DNA of 40,663 nt from Malacoraja senta (lineage: Eukaryota): positions 1 through 40,663 of the forward strand of contig JAXLNO010000596.1 of NCBI GenBank assembly GCA_038087875.1. The letters run 5' to 3'. Made by a program: the position numbers and the translations under genes. How positions within the stretch are numbered: position 1 is the stretch's first letter; each line of letters opens with the position of its first letter. The notes under the pieces are model-generated. The model was given only the letters and a program-made list of their open reading frames with translations, ran no database searches and had not been told where the DNA came from. This document shows, piece after piece, positions 35,258 to 40,663 of the stretch.

Positions 35258-35440
35258 CTAAACGCTCTTTGTTCTGCCCGAGACCAGGTGACCTCCCAGC
35301 GGAGCGGGATGTCCGTCGGGGAATGTTGCCGACTGGCCCGCTGCAGACTGCAGGAGTACGTGCTGAGGGACGCGCTGAAGCTCGGTGCAGCCAACGCCAA
35401 GGCTCGGTGGGGGAGGGCCACAGTCTAGGGTCCTTCCACT
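35258..35440 (+). mobile_element. Tx1/L1-like ORF2 C-terminal fragment (partner fragment at about 33030-33150)
   Basis: Translates NALCSARDQVTSQRSGMSVGECCRLARCRLQEYVLRDALKLGAANAKARWGRATV*; assigned from recalled Tx1-type C-termini. Confidence 0.6.
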
Positions 35441-35706
35441 GCTGGACTATCATTCAATCACGGAATCAAGGGATGTGGGGAGAAAGCAGGAACGGGGTAC
35501 TGATTCTGGATGATCTGCCATGATCGTGTTAAATGGCGTTGCTGGCTCGAAGTGCCGAATGGCCTCCTCCTGCATCGATTTTCTATGTTTCTATGACATT
35601 GGGGGGGGGGCAGGAAGTGGTGGGGGACCCCACAAACAAGGGAAGGGATATCACCCCAAGGGGCGACGAGTGGCGTGGTATAAGAATCGATTTCCTATAA
35701 GAATCG

Positions 35707-36300
35707 AGCGCCTCTATTCCTGAGAAGATTACGGAGAGTCGGTTTGTCAAGGAGGACTCTCTCTAACTTCTACAGGTGCACAGTAGAGAGCATGCTGACC
35801 GGTTGCATCATGGCTTGGTTCGGCAACTTGAGCGCCCTGGAGCGGAAAAGACTACAAAAAGTAGTAAACACTGCCCAGTCCATCATCGGCTCTGACCTCC
35901 CTTCCATCGAGGAGATCTATCGCAGTCGCTGCCTCAAAAAGGCTGGCAGTATCATCAAGGACCCACACCACCCTGGCCACACACTCATCTCCCGCTACCT
36001 TCAGGTAGAAGGTACAGGAGCCTGAAGACTGCAACGTCCAGGTTCAGGAATAGCTACTTCCCCACAGCCATCAGGCTACTAAACTTGGCTCGGACAAAAC
36101 TCTGAACATTAATAGACCATTATCTGTTATTTGCACTTTAATCAGTTTACTTATTCATGTGTGTATATATTTATATAATGGTATATGGACACACTGATCT
36201 GTTTTGTAGTCATGTCTACTATGTTCTGTTGTGCTGAAGCAAAGCAAGAATTTCATTGTCCTATCAGGGACACATGACCAGAAACTCACTTGAATCTTGA
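35707..36300 (+). mobile_element. Rex1/Babar-like LINE 3' fragment
   Basis: FYRCTVESMLTGCIMAWFG...LQKVVNTAQSIIG...IIKDPHHPGH, with tail gaatttcattgtcc...acatgac...(cttgaat)n. Confidence 0.85.
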
Positions 36301-36332
36301 TTGTGGATGCTACTGAAGACAACACTAATGCC

Positions 36333-36647
36333 CGGTGACGCAGCGGCAGAGTTGCTGCTTTACAGCGCCAGAGATCCGTGTTCGACCCTGACTACGGGCG
36401 CTGTCTGTACGGAGTTTGCACCTTCTCCCCGTGACCCGCGTGGGTTTTCTCCGGGTGCTCCGGTTTCCTCCCGCACTCCAAAGACGTGCAGGTTTGTAGG
36501 TAAATCAGCTTCAGTAACATTGTAAATTGTCCCTCGTGTGTGTGGGATAGTGTTTGTGTACGGGGTGATCGCCGGTCGGCGCCGACTCGATGGGCCGAAG
36601 GGCCTGTATCTCTAAACTAAACTAAGCTAAACTAAACTAAACTAAAC
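36333..36647 (+). mobile_element. HE1-like SINE
   Basis: SINE consensus with a (CTAAA)n tail. Confidence 0.87.
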
Positions 36648-37283
36648 AGTCCAGCACAAGCTCTTCGTCCCACAATGAACGTTTAGTGAATTTAACTTTT
36701 AATTAAGTCCAATCTAAGTAGAAGGGACAGGCAGCATGTCTGGTGAGAAGGAATCCTTCTCTCCAGAGATAATGCCTGTCCCGCTGAGTTACTCCAGCAT
36801 TTATGTGTCTATCGTCCATTTAAACCAGCATCTGCAGTTCTTTCCCACACACTAATTCGAAGGGAGCTCCAAATACAATCGACAGGTACAGGAATGCAGG
36901 CTAATTAATTGCCGGCCTTCACCACAAGAGATTTGGAATATAAAAGCAAAGACTGACTGTGGTTACTGCCACAAAAACTCATTTGGAGAATTGCAAGCGT
37001 GCACACTCGTTTGACGTAATCCATTGACAATTCATTGAACAGATACCAAAGAGCCAGGCTGTAATTCAGTGCAGCTGAGAAGATTAAATAGGGTGCTTTG
37101 GCTGATGGATTTAAAATATGAAGCAGATATGACCAGTTGGAAAAAACGAGATTGGAATGAAGGACAAAAGAAGCCAACATAATCCCAAACCGAAAATTAA
37201 GCCAGTTACAACAGACAAAACAACTGAGTGCGATTTGGGAATAGTGTGTTGGATCATTGTTCCGCTGAACAGCTACGGACTAA

Positions 37284-37826
37284 TGCCCCTGTCCCACTTA
37301 GGCGATTTTTTAGGTGACAGCCTAGTCGCCTGTAAGGTCGTGAGTAGTTTCCTCAGTCGCCCAAAGAATCGTAGCGTTTTTCTGGTCGCCGCTGGATTTT
37401 GAAATGTTCAAAACTTTTCGGCGACAGTTGGCTTGACGCCAATGAGCGTAGACTCGAATTCTCCTGACGTAGGTGCTGTCGTAGGTTGTCGCCGGGTGCC
37501 GACTTCGGTGAATTCCATTGGCGTCTACCTACGTCAACCTACGTCAACCGGCGACAGGTACCGGCGACTGAATTGTCTTCAGTTGTCGCCGACAGGGTCG
37601 TAGCTTGTCGCGGGTGGACGTAGGTTGTCGTAGGTGTGGTCGTAGGTGGACGTCCTAATGGGTCGCCGGTTGTCAGTAGCTTGCCGTAGCTTGACGTTGA
37701 CTAGGTGGTGGGTTGCCGTAGACATTGTCTTAGGGGGGGTCCAGTCGCTGTTTTTTCGGCGACCTGCTACGATTATGACAGTCACCAACAGTCGCCGAAA
37801 AAAATCGCCTAAGTGGGACACGTCCG
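37284..37826. mobile_element. PIF/Harbinger-type MITE
   Basis: TIR cores tgtcccacttaggcgattttt and aaaaatcgcctaagtgggaca; TAA at 37281-37283 and 37827-37829. Confidence 0.85.
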
Positions 37827-38099
37827 TAAGCTGGAAAAAAGGGCTGCTTTTGTGTCTATGGGCTTAAAGTGCACTCTGCTCACCAAAGCCCGTGGCTTTG
37901 AACAGAGTCAAGAGACAAGAGTGTTTTACTGTTAGTCCCAGATATAACAATACAATTCTTACTTGCAGAGTATGTACAATATAATAAACAAGAGAGAAAA
38001 TGTTCAGGTAAACACAAACTGCTGGACGTATACACACACTCACATATACGTATACATATAAATAAATATACACAGATATACTGTATATAGATATATATA

Positions 38100-38280
38100 A
38101 TAGACACAAAATGCTGGAGTAACTCAGCGGGACAGGCAGCATCCATGGAGAGAAGGAATGGGTGACGTTTCGGGTCGAGACCCTTCTTCCTTCTCTCCAG
38201 AGATGCTGCCTGTCCCGCTGAGTTACTCCAGCATTTTGTGTCTATCTTCGATTTAAACCAGCATCTGCAGTTTCTTTCCT
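38100..38280. mobile_element. Fold-back PLE terminal-repeat unit (hairpin with arms of about 59 bp)
   Basis: atagacacaaaatgctggagtaactcagcgggacaggcagcatc pairs with gatgctgcctgtcccgctgagttactccagcattttgtgtctat. A truncated minus-strand hammerhead sits in the loop. Confidence 0.82.
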
Positions 38281-38289
38281 GTTGCTTTA

Positions 38290-39310
38290 TGTTTGCGCTA
38301 GTATGAGTGTTGCGGGCTGAATGTACTGTTTTCCAGAGGGCTAGTATAGACATTGTGGGCCGAATGGATTCATGGGCTGGCAGCCAACTGTTGCAACGAT
38401 TTTAAAAGCCAAGCCAAGCAAACAATTTGGCTGCAGCCACTCGACAACCAAAATTCATTTTGTGAACATAAACTTTTTTTAAAGGCGAGGCAAACAATTG
38501 GGCAGCAGTCACCTGACAACCAAAATTCATTTGTGAACACAAACTTTTTAAAAAGGCGAGGCAAACAATTGGGCAGCAGCCACCTGACAACCAAAATTCA
38601 TTTTGTGAACACAAACTTTTTAAAATGGCGAGGCAAACAATTGGGCAGCAGCCACCTGACAACCAAAATTCATTTTGTGAACACAAACTTTAAAAAAAGG
38701 CGAGGCAAACAATTGGGCAGCAGCCACCTGACAACCAAAATTCATTTTGTGAACACAAACTTATTTTAAAAGGCAAGGCAAATATTGGGCAGCAGCCACT
38801 TTACAGCCGCATCGAGGGGACTCACCGTGGAGTAGACGTGCTTTCAGTGTTATTCGCAGCTCAGAGAGCCGTGACCCTCTTGCTTCTTGGGTCTGGCAGA
38901 GTGAGGCACTACACTTCCGGTTTTATAGTCCCTCCCCCCTGCCGCCAGTGGGGGCAGCAGAGAGAATGGCGAATTTTTTCAAAACATTAATATCTCTCTG
39001 ATTTTTCATCGATGGGCGGAGGGGGCTCTGAGCGAGGTGGCCAAAAATGACGGCCGTAGGTGGCGGCGTTCTCTCGGAAATCGCAGCACAGTGGGCCAAA
39101 AGCGGTCAAGATCAGACTTTTAGTAATATACTAGACCAAGTGCAGACCCGTTGGGTCTGGACACCGAACGTGCGTTGGGGGCGGGGGGCTGTGATGTCAC
39201 ACTAACCACCCGTTGGGTCTGTACCTCCAAAGCAGGGTTGCGGGGGTGTGAATCTGGCACCCACAAACACACACACTCATCACACCCCTTGATATTATAT
39301 TAATATTTTA
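38290..39310 (-). mobile_element. Probable non-autonomous Helitron-like elements (3' end of one abutting the 5' region of another)
   Basis: The minus strand reads CAGACCC-AAC-GGGTCTG (hairpin), 8 nt, CTAG|T at 39131-39159, then TATATTACTAAAAG. Outer boundaries are uncertain. Confidence 0.55.
38405..38800. repeat. Minisatellite of about 72 bp, about 5.5 copies
   Basis: Unit starts recur at 38484, 38555, 38627, 38699 and 38772. Confidence 0.95.
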
Positions 39311-39945
39311 ATTTTCTTCTTTTATTCCATCTCCACCCTATCCACTGACGAATAGCCCTCACCTCTCAGGTACGTCTCGAGGGGGAGGGGTGCAGAGAGA
39401 GAAAATTTAATGTTAGAAAAAAAAATTGTGAGGTTGGGGAGGAGGAGGGTTGAGAGGAAGGGGGGTGAGGAAGGTGGGGAGAGAGGAGGGTGAGAGAGGA
39501 GAGGGGTGGAGAGAGGAAGAAGAGGATGGGGAGAGAGGTGAAGGGGGTGGGTTGGAGCAGGCGTGCATGAGTTGAGTCGCGGGCTGTGAAGAGAGAAGGG
39601 CAGAGAGAGAGAGAGAGGGGAGAGACAGATAGACTGGTACACACAATAAACTCGAGAAACACTGCGGGTGCAGCAGCATCTATGGAGTGAAGGAAATAGG
39701 CAATGCTTTTGGCAGAAACCCATCCTCAGACGGGTTTTCACGAAACGTTGTCTATTTCTTTTGATACATAGATGCTGCTGCACCCGCTGAGGTTATGAAG
39801 CATTTTTTTGTGTACCTTTGATTTTCAAGCATCTGCAGTTCTGTCTTAAAGACAGAGAGACTGTTAGCGGGCTGTTTTCCCAACGCGCGTTTGCGGGAGG
39901 GGGGGGGCTGCGGCATCACACTCACACTAACCACCCCCCAAACAC

Positions 39946-40663
39946 AGGCGGGGGGAGGGGGTGGAGAGGGAAGACGGGGTGGGGAGAGAAGAGGGGAGAG
40001 GGAGACGGGGTGGGGAGAGAAGAGGAGAGGGGGAGGAGGGGAGAGGGGGAGGAGGAAAGGGGAGGAAATTGGTGAGGGAGAAGAGAGCAGGGGTGGGGGA
40101 GAGGGAGGGGGAGGAGAGTGGTAGGAGAGCTGGGAGGGCAGGAAGGGGGGAGAGGGGATGTTAGAGGTGGAGAGAGGGGATGAGGGGAAGGGGAGAGGAG
40201 TAGGGGGAAGAGAGGGAGAGAGGAGGGGGAGCGATAGAGGTGGGGGAGGGAGAGTGGAAGAGGGGGGAGTGAGAGAGAAGGGAGGGGGAGAGGGGGTGGG
40301 GGAGGGGGTTGTGGAGGGAGATGGGGATGGGTTTGGGAGTTTAAGTGGAAGAATGTGGAGGGAGATGTGAGAGGTGTAGGGGAGTGGTGGAAGTGGGAGA
40401 GAGGGAGGGGGAGAGGTGAGGGGGAGTGGTTGAAGAGGGATAGCGGGTAGGGGGAAGGGGACGGGGTGAGAGAGGGAAGGGGGATGGGGGAGAGAGGTAA
40501 TGGGGGTGGGGTGGAGGAGGGGAGAGGTGGGAGGGGGAGAGGGGTGTGGGGGGGAGGGGGAGGGGGTGGGGGGGGGGGGGGAGAGGTGTGGGGGAGGGTG
40601 GAGGGTGGCGACCGGGGTGGGGGGGAGGAGAGGGGGGAGGGGGGTCGGGGGGGGGGTGGTGGT
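39946..40663 (+). repeat. G/A-rich low-complexity tract
   Basis: Runs of GGG/GGGG with short A/T linkers, extending to the end of the window. Confidence 0.93.

Noticed and set aside
38353..38769. 138-aa ORF with 24-aa repeats
   Set aside because: It arises from the roughly 72-bp minisatellite. Unit lengths vary (71-73 bp), there are no splice or homology cues, and the start codon is non-ATG.
23460..40663. Possible second host gene downstream of SCGN
   Set aside because: The recognisable ORFs trace to repeats. The short unique stretches (about 27500-27830, 29310-29640 and 36860-37280) show no exon I can support, though small exons cannot be excluded without alignment.

Overview
This is eukaryotic genomic DNA, most likely from a cartilaginous fish such as a skate or ray; that is inferred from the HE1/V-SINE and CR1/HER1-type repeat content. 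The only host gene is the 3' half of secretagogin (SCGN, an EF-hand Ca2+ sensor) on the + strand. It has six GT-AG-bounded coding exons at 5769-5846, 8996-9051, 11729-11774, 14091-14150, 18719-18787 and 20188-20316 (stop), and its 5' exons are not visible in the window. Almost everything else is transposon-derived and often nested: tRNA-derived HE1-like SINEs, CR1 LINE fragments, Rex1/Babar-like and Tx1-like fragments, a decayed Hero/R2-type LINE, Penelope-like (PLE) fragments, four PIF/Harbinger-type MITEs, probable pogo/Tigger-like, hAT-like and Helitron-like elements, and mini/microsatellites. The most striking non-coding signal is a recurrent 28-nt minimal hammerhead-ribozyme motif in the PLE terminal repeats, often inside short fold-back units; three intact copies lie in sense orientation in SCGN introns. 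Family names are recognised from motifs and memory, not from database searches. TE boundaries are approximate unless a TSD or TIR is quoted.
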